From: Octopus sinensis
Taxonomy: Eukaryota
Assembly (NCBI RefSeq): GCF_006345805.1
Contig: NC_043009.1
Location: forward strand, 29,202,001-29,266,000
Length of the DNA stretch: 64,000 nt
Direction: 5' to 3'
Every line of letters begins with the position of its first letter. Position 1 is the stretch's first letter. Position numbers and translations under genes: made by a program. The notes under the pieces were generated by a model that ran no database searches, was not told the origin of the DNA, and saw nothing but the letters and a program-made list of their open reading frames with translations. Shown here one piece after another: positions 13,744 through 27,279 of this stretch.

Positions 13744-16584
13744 ATGTGTGTGTTTGAGTGTGAGTATGCATTATCCGTCAAAATAATTATTTTGAATTAT
13801 TTGTATGTTTCTACACCACACCCCATAATGTATTGAACTTGTTGCTTTAGGAGGTCTGCAAAAGAGATGAACCTAGCATTGCAAGATAATGACTTCACTT
13901 TATAAATAATTTAACTTGGCCATATCACTGTGTGAGTTCTGTGCCAAACCATAGTGCCTATTTATAGTGAAAAGTACTGATCTAGCAAAAAATAAATGAA
14001 TTTAACATTTTATATCTAAAGGATTTTGTATCTGAATATTTATAAGGTATTATTTTTAGCTTTATCTGCTTCAAGATTTTTCATTCCTAAAAAGAATTAC
14101 TCCATGTTCTTGAAGTATCTAAATTACTATGACATTAACCATTTAATCATCCAACCCATGCCAGCATGGAAGGCTGATGTTAAACGATGATGATGATTAA
14201 CAACATACAATGCTTGCTGGTGAGAATAAAATTTCAAAAGTGGAGAAAGAATTTCAAAGGAATGCTTTGGTCCAATGGTAGAACCTCTGTCATGCGTACA
14301 AGAGATAGGGGTTTGGGTTACGTGACCAGCCTTTGATATTCGTGCCCTAAAGGGATTTTTAGCCTAATATTTCCATGCTATTATCTATAGCCTTATCTGC
14401 TACAAGATTCACTGTTCCATGCAAAAGAATTAAAGTTCGCATTTCTTTGATATTTTTTTATTGCTCTGTCATGCCATGGGCCATAAATGCTTGATGGAAC
14501 TATAGGGGTGCTTTCATAAAATATAGAGAGTTTTGGGCACTTTTAGATTTGGTGAAGACCATCTTTTTCCAGGTCCTACCAAATCTGGTTTCTTCCAGAA
14601 ACAGAAAGTAAGTGAGAGAGAGGGTGTGTGAGAGAGAGAGGTGAGTAGAATCCACCCCAGTACAGGACTTCATGCCTGGTATTTGATCTATCAACTTTAG
14701 ATTGATGCAGTGTTAAGTTGGCTTTAGCTGGATTTGAACTCAGAGCATGGAGAACTATAACAGTTACTACAGAAGTAACCTGTCTGCTCTCCTTGCAACT
14801 AATCTATTAACTGACCACTTTATGTCTTTCAGTACATACTGTTAGACTTCAGAAGATAAACGAAGTTTTCAATTATTTAATGTGACAGTTTGAAGAAGAG
14901 ATGTCAATTGTGTCAATTAGTGAATCGTAATTAGCGAATTTAGTTGAATAAAGCCTCAGTTAAATGAAATGTATCTTTCTGCTGAATCAAGGTTTTGCTA
15001 ATTTAGAATAATTTTATAATGAGCAACTTTCTTCCTATAAAATCGTAAAGTTTTCATTGTGATTCATCACTGAATGTAATTCTGTTTTGTTAACCAATGT
15101 TACAAAATGGCACAAAAGAATCTATCTCTCTTAGATCCACAACCTCGTTGTCTATACTTGTGGATGTGTAAAATTATCTGCTGCTCCTAACTATGTGAAT
15201 ATGGCCATCGACGAAAGGCAATATTAATTGTCTTACTAAACTTGAACTCTTCCAAGCTTTTAGCTCTTCAATTAAATATAGTCTTGACACATGGAACCAA
15301 TATCAATTAAAGATTTTCAATGCAGCAACTCCAAGTTTGACACTTATGTGACGTTCTATTTTTGGTTAAGAATTCTGCCATTTAAATGTCTCACCAATCT
15401 CTTAGAAAAGTTCTTTTACTATATTTACCATTAAAACGTTTTATTAAATGTAAGAAAATATAAGATTTTATAATTTTTCCTCATTATTATATATATGTAT
15501 ATATGTGTATATATATATATATATATTATATATATATATATATTTTTTAATTTCAATTTTTTCATTTTTATTAATTTTTATATAAGAAAGATTTTTTTCC
15601 TTTTCTTTTTCAGTTGATAATTGTATTTTGAAATTAAAGTAAAGTTACATGACTTGTTCTAAAACTAACTTTGTAAGTTTTCCTCCCCACCCATCTTCGC
15701 TTCTTTCTCTATTTTGCTCTTTCTTTTTCTTTCTTTTCCTCAATGGACAGTCGTGATTTAGTCAATATTACAATACCAATGAATACAGCACAATTTAGCA
15801 TAATAAAAGGCAATGCAACCTAATGTAATATATACATCTCTCTCCCTCTCTCTCTCTCACTCCTCCTTTCTCTCTCTCTTCATCTTCCTCTCTCTTCCCC
15901 ACACTCTCTCTCTCCACTTGTTAATAGACACATTTTTTTCTCAAACACACAATGTCCCAACTGTTTGAATTACAAACATTGTTGAACAAACAGAAAAATG
16001 TTATAAAGAGAAACATCAGCTGATTGCTATTGTAGACTATTTCCCTTCCAGCTTCTATCTATGGAAAAATAATCAACAACAGAATTGCTGTTTTGATTTT
16101 TATATCCCACTTTGATAGATGGCGCTGTCGACCATTTGGAAATTTTATTTGTGTTTATTGAATTTGACTTAACCTAACATTGACAGCTTGAGGGTATAAT
16201 GCTTTTAATCTGATGGAAATAGTTGGACTGCAGCTAAAACAATCTGGAATTTTATCCCCTGTCCATAAGTATTTATTAGCCAGAAAATAAAACAAATGCA
16301 ACTGAGACAAAATGAAAAGAAAACAAAGCAATATGTGTAAGAAATATAATATATTGTCGACGCAAAACATGGAATAACAATTTAGTATTCCTGTTGCTAA
16401 AAGACCTTAAATGTTGTAACACAAATGAAGTTGATTGGATATATATATCAGAGTTTGTAAATACAGCCTACATAGATGCAGAGTCTATAACAGGTAATTA
16501 CACCAAGATATAATAGATACTGAGTGTCAATGTATGTTGACGGTGTATATAGACAAATTATTGACTGATATTAATCAAATGTGC

Positions 16585-16850
16585 TGGCAACACATTAAAA
16601 GCATTCATGCTAGTGCCATATAAAAAGCACACACACTGGTACCATATTAAAAGCATCTGTGCTGGTGCCACATAAAACCGCCTGCTGTGCTAGCACCATG
16701 TAAAAAGCTCCCAAGACGGCGTCACATAAAAAGCATGTAAAGTGGTTGACATTAGAAAGAGCATCTAGCCATAGACACCATGCCAAAACAGACAATTGGA
16801 GCCTGGTGTAGCTCTCCAGCTTGCCAGCTCCTGTCAAACTGTCCAAAATT
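16585..16850 (+). mobile_element. SINE family B
   Basis: gtgctggtgccacataaaa repeats and agaaagagcatctagccatag core variant. Confidence 0.7.
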
Positions 16851-17219
16851 AAATGATAATGAGGATAATGACGATGACAATGATGATAGGGTGTAGATAT
16901 TGACTACATAGTGACTGCTATTTAGAAGTGTTGACTATATAGATTGCTATGTGTATATGTTGACTGGACTGATTTCATGTGTGGATGTTGATTGTGATTG
17001 TATAGAGGTTGCTATTTAGAGATGTTGATGAGGTAGACAACCCTTAGATGTAACTAATTAGATCTAAGAGTGACCTGAAGCTATAGAAAAATGACACAAG
17101 ATGTCGCGCAGGGGAATCAAGACTGGGACCTTAATATTGTGAAACTTACTTCTTAAACATTTGACCACACTATGCCAATAACATAATAATAGTAATGATA
17201 ATAATAATAATAATAAACA

Positions 17220-17470
17220 ATTCCTATCATAGTAGGTGCATTAGGCATGATAAAAAAATATTCAGACAAATACATAACAGAAACACCAGGACTTACAACA
17301 TACAGAAAATTGCACTACTAGGCACTGCACAAATCCTACGCAGAACACTTTCAATACAGTAACCATTAGAGCATCACAACAAAACACAGCACATACCCAA
17401 GGCATACAGAGCTGTGCTCGGTAGTGAAGTGAAAGCACGATATAAAAAAAACAAAAAACTACTGAATGAT
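17220..17470 (+). mobile_element. 3' end of an R4/Dong-type non-LTR element (or derived SINE tail)
   Basis: Translates IPIIVGALGMIKKYSDKYI then IQKIALLGTAQILRRTLSIQ*, followed by a 3' UTR and (AAT)n. Confidence 0.8.
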
Positions 17471-17512
17471 AATGATAATGATGATAATAATAATAGTAGT
17501 AGTAGTAATAAT

Positions 17513-17545
<33 letters not shown>

Positions 17546-17549
17546 AATA

Positions 17550-17705
17550 ATAATATTAAAAAATACTTTAGGAATGAGAACCCAGGTTTGAAATTTCCCC
17601 AAGACACCTGATGAAGGATGGAGAGTATATCAGCTGAAACGTGTTAACAACAAACAAGATGAGGACAAATATCCATCAAATGTAAATAATGTAAATAATG
17701 CAAGT
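17550..17705 (+). mobile_element. HHR-bearing family E module without tRNA head; HHR at 17603-17645
   Basis: GACAC CUGAUGA AGGAUG..CAGCU GAAAC GU GUU, then gatgaggacaaatatcc tail. Confidence 0.85.
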
Positions 17706-18052
17706 ATACATATATGTATGATAAAAACTTGTTATGTCTTAAACAATGCAAAGTGAAAGTAAAAAGTGAAAACAGACTAACAATTGAAGTTTTAGCTTGT
17801 ACTTCTTTGATATTTTGAGGTTAGGACTCCCTGATCAGGGCTCATTCTGTTCGTATGTCCTGAGGGAAAGGTTATAACACTGAGACATCAAAGAAATACA
17901 AGTTAAGAAACTTTAACTGTTGTTCTGTTTTCACTTTTGTATTTCATTTTGCATTGTTTTGGCCTCAACAAGTTTTATCTCATCTAATATCACACAATGC
18001 TTCACCCAAAAATGCTCTCTCTCTCTCTCTCTCTCCCTTTTCTGTGTATGTG

Positions 18053-18129
<77 letters not shown>

Positions 18130-18245
18130 ATATATATATATATAATTATATATATATATATACATATATATACTATATAAATAATATACATATATAAACA
18201 TATATATATATATGTATATATGCATACATGCACACATATCATTAG

Positions 18246-18488
18246 AAGGAATTACACAGTAAATATCGGCACACTAGTAATGATGTATTAAAAAGAATTA
18301 ACAAAATAGGGTTACAAATCATTAGAGATTTAGCTATAGATGATAGAACCGAGCCATATGTCCCTAGAAAACCCTGGACTATGCTTAAGGACCATAAACC
18401 TAACTTTCTTATTGACCCCTCAGTCAGATTGATTTGTCCTTCTAAATCCTATATAGGCATTATTAAAAAAAAATCATTGATAGGGTAA
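18246..18488 (+). pseudogene. Penelope-like element reverse transcriptase fragment
   Basis: Stop-free frame LAIDDRTEPYVPRKPWTMLKDHKPNFLIDPSVRLICPSKSYIGII matches the PLE RT pattern LKDHKxNF..P..RLI.P.KS.IG; bounded by (TA)n tracts; absent from the ORF track. Confidence 0.8.
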
Positions 18489-20099
18489 TACTCACCCTTA
18501 AGTCTATATATATATATATATATACATACATATATATACACACATATATATATACATATATATGCATATATATACATATATATAGATATATACACATACA
18601 TACATATATACACATACACACACACACACACGCATATATATAATTATGGAATGGAGTAGATAAAATCCAGGCTACATGTGTTTCATAGCTAGAAGAACTT
18701 TGGAAGTAGTAATTACCCAAACAAGGGGTCATTCACTAGCTGCTAATTGGGCCTAAGATACCTTAATCAGGTGAAGGCTACATTGTTGTCAAAGGGGTCC
18801 CATGTTAAGTCGCAGGAGATTTGGTCAATGTGTATGTGTGTGTGTTTTCATATGCATGCATAGAAATATATAAACATACATATATATCCATGTGTCTGTG
18901 TGTGGGATTGTATTCATAAACATACCTCATACCCCATGCTAACATACATACATGCATACATTCATATATATATATATATATTATACACACATACATATAT
19001 TTGTATATTTTACACACATAACACAACTCATGTTAGTATGGAAAATGGTCTTTAAATAATAATGTTGATTATGATATATACATACATACAAATATACATA
19101 TATATGTGTAAGTGTATATGTGTATGTGTATATATATCTACATATATATGTAACTTTCTCTCTCTCACTAAATATGTGCGCATATTCACACACACATGCA
19201 CATACACACAGAGAAAGAGAGAATGGTTGGAAGAGAAAGAGAGAATGGTTGGAAGAGAATGAGAGAAATTCGTTGATATATGATAGATATTTGCATAAAC
19301 AATGGAGGATTTGTTAACAGTTTTACTTATGCATTTCCATTTTAAATACAAACAACAGTGCAATTGCAACTGGAAAAATTTGGAAGGAAATAATTGCGAA
19401 AGGTCAGAGATTTTAAAGTTGCATTTATCATTAGTGAAAATCAATAGGGTTCTAATACCCAGCAGCTGAAATGAATGTCAAGAGAAAAACATCATTCTAT
19501 AAGAAATAACCAATTCTGATAGGTGCCTTATTTTTCTATTTAGTGATGTGAAGTAAGACAGACAAGTTAGATTCATTTATTTCGATAATTGATGCAAATG
19601 TATTGCTATTGCGATAGTAATAATGGAAATGAGATATCAAGTTAAGCAGCGATGAAGTTTTGGAGAGAAACTTTCAAGGCTAGAGAGCTGGTCATTACAT
19701 ATGCATACGTCTATTTAGATGAGATTTCAGCAAGCATTTCTCTTGCCCTCTCTCTGAAGATCTGTGTCTCTCCCACTACATATATGCATCTGTGTGTGTG
19801 TGTGTGTGTGTGTGTGCATGTGCTTGCAAGACTTTATACAGCACTTGTGAAATACAGTATGTTACTTAAGTTTCGTATAAGCCTGTGAATTATACATTGA
19901 TGGAGTTCAAACAATGCAGATGATTTCTGGTGATCTGTTTCATATATTTCACTGTAAACATATATTCTTTTCTTTTATTCTTTTATGCATTTCAGCCAAA
20001 AGGCTGTGGCCATGCTAGGGCACTGCTAGCATTATCACCTCTTCAATTACCATTCTTATGAAATTAGCTTTACATGAAGGAATTTTTTTGTATGTCAGT

Positions 20100-20300
20100 A
20101 TCGCCTAACTGGCCCTCATGCTGGTGGCATGTAAAAGCACCCGCTACACTCTCAGAGTGGTTGGTGTTAGGAAGGGCATCCAGCTGTAGAGACTCTGCCA
20201 GATCAGATTGGAGTCTGGTGCAGCCATCTGGTTCGCCAGACCTCAGTCAAATCGTCCAACCCATGCTAGCATGGAAAGCGGACGTTAAACGATGATGATG
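20100..20300 (+). mobile_element. SINE family B
   Basis: gttaggaagggcatccagctgtagagactctgcc..gcatggaaagcggacgttaaacgatgatgatg. Confidence 0.9.
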
Positions 20301-20329
20301 AATGAATGGACCCTTGTACTTCTATTTTT

Positions 20330-20818
20330 AATAAGTCTGATACTTATTCTATCGATCTCTTTTGCTGGATTGCTAAGCTAGAGGACATAAACACACCAGC
20401 ATCAGTTGTCAAGCAGTGACCAGGGATAAACACAGACACAAAAATACACACACACGACAGGCTTCTTTCAGTTTCCGTCTGCCAGACCCACTCACAAGGT
20501 TTTGCTCAGCCCTTTGTTATAGTAGAAGACACTGGGATTGAACTCAGAACCATGTGATTGGGAAGCAAGCTTCTTACCACACAGCCACTCCTGTGTCTAT
20601 ATATCTTTTTACTTGTTTCAATAATTACACATTGGTCATGCTAGGGCACTGCCTTGAAAGAACTTTTAGTTGAATGAATCGACCAGAGTACTTAATCTTT
20701 TTTGAACCTAGTATTTATTTTATCAATCTTTCTTGCCAAACCACTATGTTACGGGGACGTAAACAAACCAAACTGGTTGTCAAGCAAGCTTCTTACTGCA
20801 CAGCCACGTCTGCACCTA
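20330..20818 (-). mobile_element. Two adjacent family A SINE pieces
   Basis: 20330-20600 has the head (cttaccacacagccactcctg); 20605-20818 is an internally deleted second copy. Confidence 0.8.
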
Positions 20819-21904
20819 TCCTTTATGAAAAGTTAAAAAGAATGATCCTGCGGGCATTAGATGGCTTCACATTCACTGATGGAGTGTTAACAGGTTGAGA
20901 GACTTGGCTCATTGATCCCTTTCTGTTCTATGTGCAGAGTGACAATCCTTTGGTGTAAATATTTCATTTTCATGGCCAGAGTGTGATTAAAAGTCGACTT
21001 GCTAATGGCTTAAATCATACAGACATGCACACACACACACATATACAGACACACATAGGACACACATAGATATATACATACATGCACACAAACACACACA
21101 CACACACACACACGCATATAATTTAGCTCTGTACACTATCAGTGAAAGATATCAAGGCAAAGTGACTGTCATATAAAGGAAGCATATATGCATAAAAACC
21201 CACACACACAAATACACACGTACGTACTCACTCATATACATACTCATATAAACATACATAGACATACATACACTCATTTATTTACATCCACGTACATGCA
21301 CGGATGCTGAGTTCTTTGTATCCGTTTTGCCTGATGAAAAGCACTCAATGTATTTGACGGATGAGTTTGACGTTTAAGGCTTGTAATTTATTATTTAAGT
21401 TTTGAATCTAAATTATCGGACTTTATTCTTGCAGAGGTGTCAACTCTTAGACATTTTGAGGAAATTCATGACAACGTAAACGAGTTCACTTGCACTCATC
21501 TGACAATCAGGGGTCAGTTCCAGATCCTTAAGAATGAAATGTTTCTACATATACAGTATAAGTCAACAAATTTGCACACACACACACACACACACACAGA
21601 CGCACCACACACACACACATACACACGCGTGTGCGTGACTCATTTATATACGTATACATTCATATCTTTTAGCTTATAAGTGTTTCATTCAGGAGACTGC
21701 GGTCATACTGGGGCACTGCCTTGAATAAGTTTAGTTGAATCAATCAACTTCAGTACTTCATTTTTTTAAATTTGGTAATTACCGTACAGCTCCCTTTTGG
21801 TGAACAAATCTAAACACACCAATATCGGTTGTCAAGTGGTGGTGGTGGTGATCGTGGATGGGGCAAACACAGACACAACTGCATCTATATATATCATCAT
21901 CATC

Positions 21905-22435
21905 ATTGCCATCATCATTGTTTAACATCTGTTTTCCATGTGGGTTTGGACAGTTTGACTGAGGTCTGGAGGGCCAGCAGCTGCAGTAGGCTCCAGTCTG
22001 TTCTGGCAATGTTTCTACAGCTGGATGCCCTTCCTAATGCCAACCACCCTGAAAGTGTAGTGGGTGCCTTTTACATGCCACCGGTACAGGAGCTAGGATA
22101 CATACATACATATACACACACACACACACATACATATGTGTGTGTGTATATATATATGTATATATATATATATACATGTTTTCACCGATAGGACAGTTCA
22201 CAGGAACAGGTCAGGTAGAAAAACTTCCCTATGCTACTGTGTCTGTTTTGGCAGGGTTTTCTTACGACTGGATAAGCTACCTAACACCAACCACTCCGCA
22301 GAGTAGACACAGTGCTTTTTACATGGCACTAGCACAGGTCAGATTAGTTTTGGCATTATTTTTACAGCTGGATGCCCTTCCAAATGCCAACCACTCTATA
22401 GTGTGGACTGGATGCTTTTTACGCTGCACAAGTAC
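21905..22435 (-). mobile_element. Two family B SINE copies
   Basis: acagctggatgcccttcc at ~22020 and ~22370. Confidence 0.8.
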
Positions 22436-22724
22436 TGGCAGGGTCACCAAGTAACTTGCAAGACTAGGAATCATGAGAAGGGCAGGGGCATTTGAGGAGG
22501 GCAACTCGTGCCAGAAGATGAAAGGCAAGAAGGTGAAAAATATATATATACTTTTAATTAATAAAACCCCAAACCACAAAACCATGTGAAATTCACCTAT
22601 CTAGGATGTCTTGGGCAGAATATTAAATTCATTTCACTTACTGTGAGGTTAGAACTTTGCTTCCCAACCACATTGTTCTGACTTCAGTCATATATATGTG
22701 ACTGTGTGTGTATCGTTGACGATT

Positions 22725-22905
22725 TTTTTCCTCCGTCTTCTCTTCCTTGGATCTTTCCTTTTCCTATGTTTTTGACGAAGAGCTCTGCTCAAAACGTTAA
22801 ATCCTCCTTTTTTCTTTCCTTTCCTGAGCATCCAATAACACTATACTTGTTCCACGTCCTCGCGTTGATGTGTTTTCTTTTTATGTTTTCATGTTTGGAT
22901 TAACT
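22725..22905 (+). mobile_element. Penelope-type terminal-repeat-derived repeat with decayed HHR (22768-22803)
   Basis: GUUU UUGACGA A GAGC-UCU-GCUC AAAAC GUU AAAU; same family as 47940-48135. Confidence 0.65.
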
Positions 22906-22907
22906 GT

Positions 22908-22939
<32 letters not shown>

Positions 22940-22951
<12 letters not shown>

Positions 22952-23145
22952 AAAAGGTAAAAAACACAATAAACGGAAATCATCAAAAGATAACAAGCAG
23001 GAAAAAGGACAATAGCACAACCACAGCAAACAGGATAAAAACAAGATACACGGATCATTCGCAGTCAATTGTTTCTTCAGTCGGAGTCTGGAGTGTCCAC
23101 GTAAATCTACCCAATCCTCTCCGATACTACTCGAAACCAATTGGA
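22940..23145 (-). repeat. Repeat with gactgaaga motif, probably related to 34140-34460
   Basis: Minus strand ccgactgaagaaacaattgactgcgaatgatccgtg, then a T-rich tail like 34140-34460. Confidence 0.4.
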
Positions 23146-23344
23146 TCAAGAGCTTAAGCTGAAGGCATTAAACCCCTGAGCAAGGCAAATGAATATACAT
23201 ATGCAAACACAAGGAAAAAGGAAATGGGAAAAAATCTTAACTGACCAGGTGGCGAAACAGAACAGAAGTAACTGAGCTGAAAGGTGGTCAGCCCAAAAAG
23301 TATGACAATGCATGAATACATATATGTATATACATATATATATG

Positions 23345-23412
<68 letters not shown>

Positions 23413-23911
23413 ATGTTTAGATACAAACATTTTTATATCTATATATACATATATATATATATATACATTAGTCCACTCTGCTGGGTAGTTGTTGTTAGGA
23501 AGGGCATCCAGCTATAAAAATCCTTTTAAAACAGTCACAGAAGTTTGGCGCAGGCTTGTGCCTGGCAGGCTCCGGTCAAACCATTCCACCCATGCCAGTA
23601 TGGAAGGCAGACGTTAAATGATAATGATGATGATACACACACTGTCATAGAATATGGCATGTTTTTGATATTCTAAACCTTCCCTTAGACAAATAAAAAC
23701 GCAGAAACAGAATGAATACTGCAAAACAGTCTGACACTGTGATGACTCTCTCAATTTACTGACTCTGTGTGTGTTTGTGGTTGCATGTGTGTGTGCATAC
23801 ATATAGAGAAAAATTTATACACACACTCATGCACATACACACATATATATATATAGTCCCACCCATTCTAGCATGGAACACGGAAGTTAAATGATGATGA
23901 TGATGATGATG

Positions 23912-23957
<46 letters not shown>

Positions 23958-24210
23958 TACACATATATATATATGTTTTTGCATGCATGGGTGTATAAAT
24001 ATATATATATGGGTGTGTGTGTATAAAAATGTATGTATGTATTATGTATGTATATATGTATCTGTGTAAATGTATATATATATATATACATATATACATA
24101 TATATATATACATATATACATACATAATACACACATAGATACATTTAAATATACACACACCCATATATATATATTTATACACCCATGCATGCAAAAACAT
24201 ATATATATAT

Positions 24211-24241
<31 letters not shown>

Positions 24242-24475
24242 ATACATGTATGTGTTTGCATGTATGTCTAGTGTGCTGAAATACTGCAGAGAAGAAGCCA
24301 TTGCTGTGCAATGGAGATTGCCATCATCAGTTGCTTCTAGAACATGCAGACTGATTAAGATATGCGTTTAATCCATGGATCCTAACTCTTTATTTAATAT
24401 CTTCCATTAGAAAGGATTCCTCTCCTTATTTCTTTCCCCTCTCTCTGCTCTCTCTCTCTTTCTTTTTTACTTTTT

Positions 24476-24507
<32 letters not shown>

Positions 24508-25317
24508 TTTCTCTCTTAATACAAACACACGGATATCAATAACAACAGAACCAAAAACACATTTATATACACACACGTGTATTTTTCACTCCAGGATGTA
24601 AAAATCAATATGTGTATGTACATGCATCATACACACACTATAGATGTGTATTGCACGCAAGAATATACATACATGTGCATACATGCACACACATATACGT
24701 ACATAAATGCACATATACATATGTACATGCACACATAAACACACATGATGAATATACATAGATACACAGATAAATACAAAAACATACATACACATACACA
24801 CACATTTACATATGTACACACAAACAAACAAACATGCACGCATACATTTATGCGTACATAAACACATATAATGCATATACATACATAAGTACTCAGATAA
24901 CTACATACATACACATGCACACACATACACACATGTATGTACATTAGCTCATATGTACACAAACACATACATTTATATTCATATACACACATACATCACA
25001 TACATACAAGCAAATTTTACATTCACACATATATCAATCCATTCACACACACACACAGGGCTAGCCAAAATCATTATAAATCTTTTAATTAATATGTTAC
25101 TCAATTAAAATTCTTCATTTATTATTCATGTTTGTGTCAAAAGTTACATATATCAGGATTTACAAGATTTTCCTGTTTCTTTGAGTTAAGATGGATTAGG
25201 ATATAATTTTGGTAATCAATCTTTGTTTCTGCAATGCTGGTTGGAAATTCAGACAGCTGGCAGAATTGTCTGAGCATTAGAAGCTGTGTGGTTAAGAAAC
25301 TTACATAATAACCAAAT

Positions 25318-25532
25318 ACAGTTCTATATCTAAGAGATGAGGAATTATGTACATTATTTACATTATTTACATTTGATGGATATTTGGCCTCATCTTGTTT
25401 GTTATTAACACAATGTTTCAGCTGATATACCCACCAGCCTTCATCAGGTGTTTTGGGGAAATTTTGAACCTGGGTTTTCATTCCTAAAGTATTTTTCAAG
25501 GTTATTATTATCACCACTATGCCATATACCCA
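25318..25532 (-). mobile_element. Family E element, inverted copy with head remnant; HHR at 25407-25452
   Basis: Minus strand AACAC CUGAUGA AGGCUG..CAGCU GAAAC AUU GUGUU; head remnant gggtatatggcatagtggt. Confidence 0.85.
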
Positions 25533-25604
25533 TGGGCGTATGGCATAGTGGTTAAGAGCGCAGGCTACTAAGCCCAAGATTCAGAATTCAATTCCAAGCA
25601 GTGA

Positions 25605-25658
<54 letters not shown>

Positions 25659-25830
25659 CAACAACAACAACAACAACAAAAACATTAAAAAATATCTTAG
25701 GAATGAGATCCCAGGTTTGAAATTTCCCCAAGACACCTGATGAAGGCTGGAGGGTATATCAGCCGAAACATTATGTTAACAAACAAGATGAGGACAAATA
25801 TCTTTAAAATGTAAATAATGTAAATAATGA
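25533..25830 (+). mobile_element. Family E: tRNA head + (AAT/AAC)n + hammerhead-bearing tail; HHR at 25732-25777
   Basis: A box TGGCATAGTGG (25541-51), degenerate B box GAATTCAATTCC (25584-95), GACAC CUGAUGA AGGCUG..CAGCC GAAAC AUU AUGUU. Confidence 0.9.
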
Positions 25831-25958
25831 AAATAGCCAAATAGTTTGGGGTTCAATTCCATGGCACAGCACATTTGGCAAATGCTTTCTACTATAGCCT
25901 TCAGCTAACCAATGCCTTGTGAGCAAATTTGTTTGAAAGAAACTTTGTAGGAAAACAC

Positions 25959-25974
<16 letters not shown>

Positions 25975-26003
<29 letters not shown>

Positions 26004-26698
26004 GGTGAGGGGTATCCAGGATTTTTTGGGGTGTTGCCCAAAAGTTTTTAAAAAATACTATATAAGGTGGTAACTGTAATTCGTAACAAATGGATGCATT
26101 TTTATGTATTCTAGCTTTGTTGTAGCAGACGATTATGAAATGGTAATGCTGTGAAACTGATCTAGCAAGGTTTCTTAGATTGGACCCTGGCTTGCCAGTC
26201 CTCAGTCAAACCATCCAACAAATGCCAGCATACGTTACATGACGACGATGATGTCGATGATGATGATGGGGATGATAATGCTGATGATGATATATATATA
26301 TATATATACATATGGCAAGAAGAAAATGGAGGGGATCCAGAAGTAGTATACATCAACTGTTAGACATTATATTATGACTAATTATATATTTTAAACAGTT
26401 CTGAGAATATATATACATGTGTAAAGATTGTGTTTTACATATAAAGTACCAATAATTTCTAGAATAGGGAAAGAAGAGCAGTTTCTTTCAGCTGTTTCTG
26501 CCAAGAGATCACAGTAATTGCCACGCAATAACCAACACTTGTGTATTAATAATTGGGTATTCTACCAGCAGTATATTGGATAGATACTATCCCTTAGTTG
26601 GTTGGATTCATAACCTCTAACTCTTTTGAAATTATATATACATACACACACACACACACACACTCACACACACTCACACACACACACACACACACACT

Positions 26699-26736
<38 letters not shown>

Positions 26737-27238
26737 TGCAATCTCCTGCTGAAGATGACGTATGAGTGTTCAGCTTTTACCGATCAACCTGCACAAATGC
26801 GTTGTTTATGGGGATGAAATCCATTAGTTCACTCCTTTCATCAAATCGATGTTACCTGAACAGGTGCACGGTGTACAACAAATCAGGTGTTGAAGTGATA
26901 TGGCAGAGCAAGGTGAGAAGAATTGTTGTGAACAAGAACACAATACACCACTCAGTCCAGGAGTTGAAATTAGGATTATGGTTGTGTGTGTGTGTGCAGC
27001 ACCCTAACTGCTAGGTCCATGTATATATAGCAGGAGCGTGTATTCTATGCATGCCAGGTGTGCCCTGCACACCCATTGAAAATAACAAAATCGTTATAAA
27101 CATTAACCTTACTCATTTATTGAATTACAAATCTTAATGGAAAATTTTCGTTATACCCCTGCTTAACATTTGGGGGTGGCAGTACCCCCAATACAACAAC
27201 TATTGTACACCACTGATATGAGTATGTATATATATATA

Positions 27239-27279
<41 letters not shown>

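Noticed and set aside
14200-14350. Possible L1/Tx1 ORF2 fragment (LW..GLG motif)
   Set aside because: Short and frameshifted; a single weak motif.
21325-21350. CCTGATGA motifs here and at ~968
   Set aside because: No stem II and GAAA partner nearby.
21433-21560. Candidate exon after ttattcttgcag
   Set aside because: No convincing donor and no recognisable peptide.
25533-25605. tRNA-like sequences here and at SINE heads (7868, 33200, 41050, 6360)
   Set aside because: A/B boxes are present but there is no complete acceptor stem, and each runs into a SINE body, so not tRNA genes.
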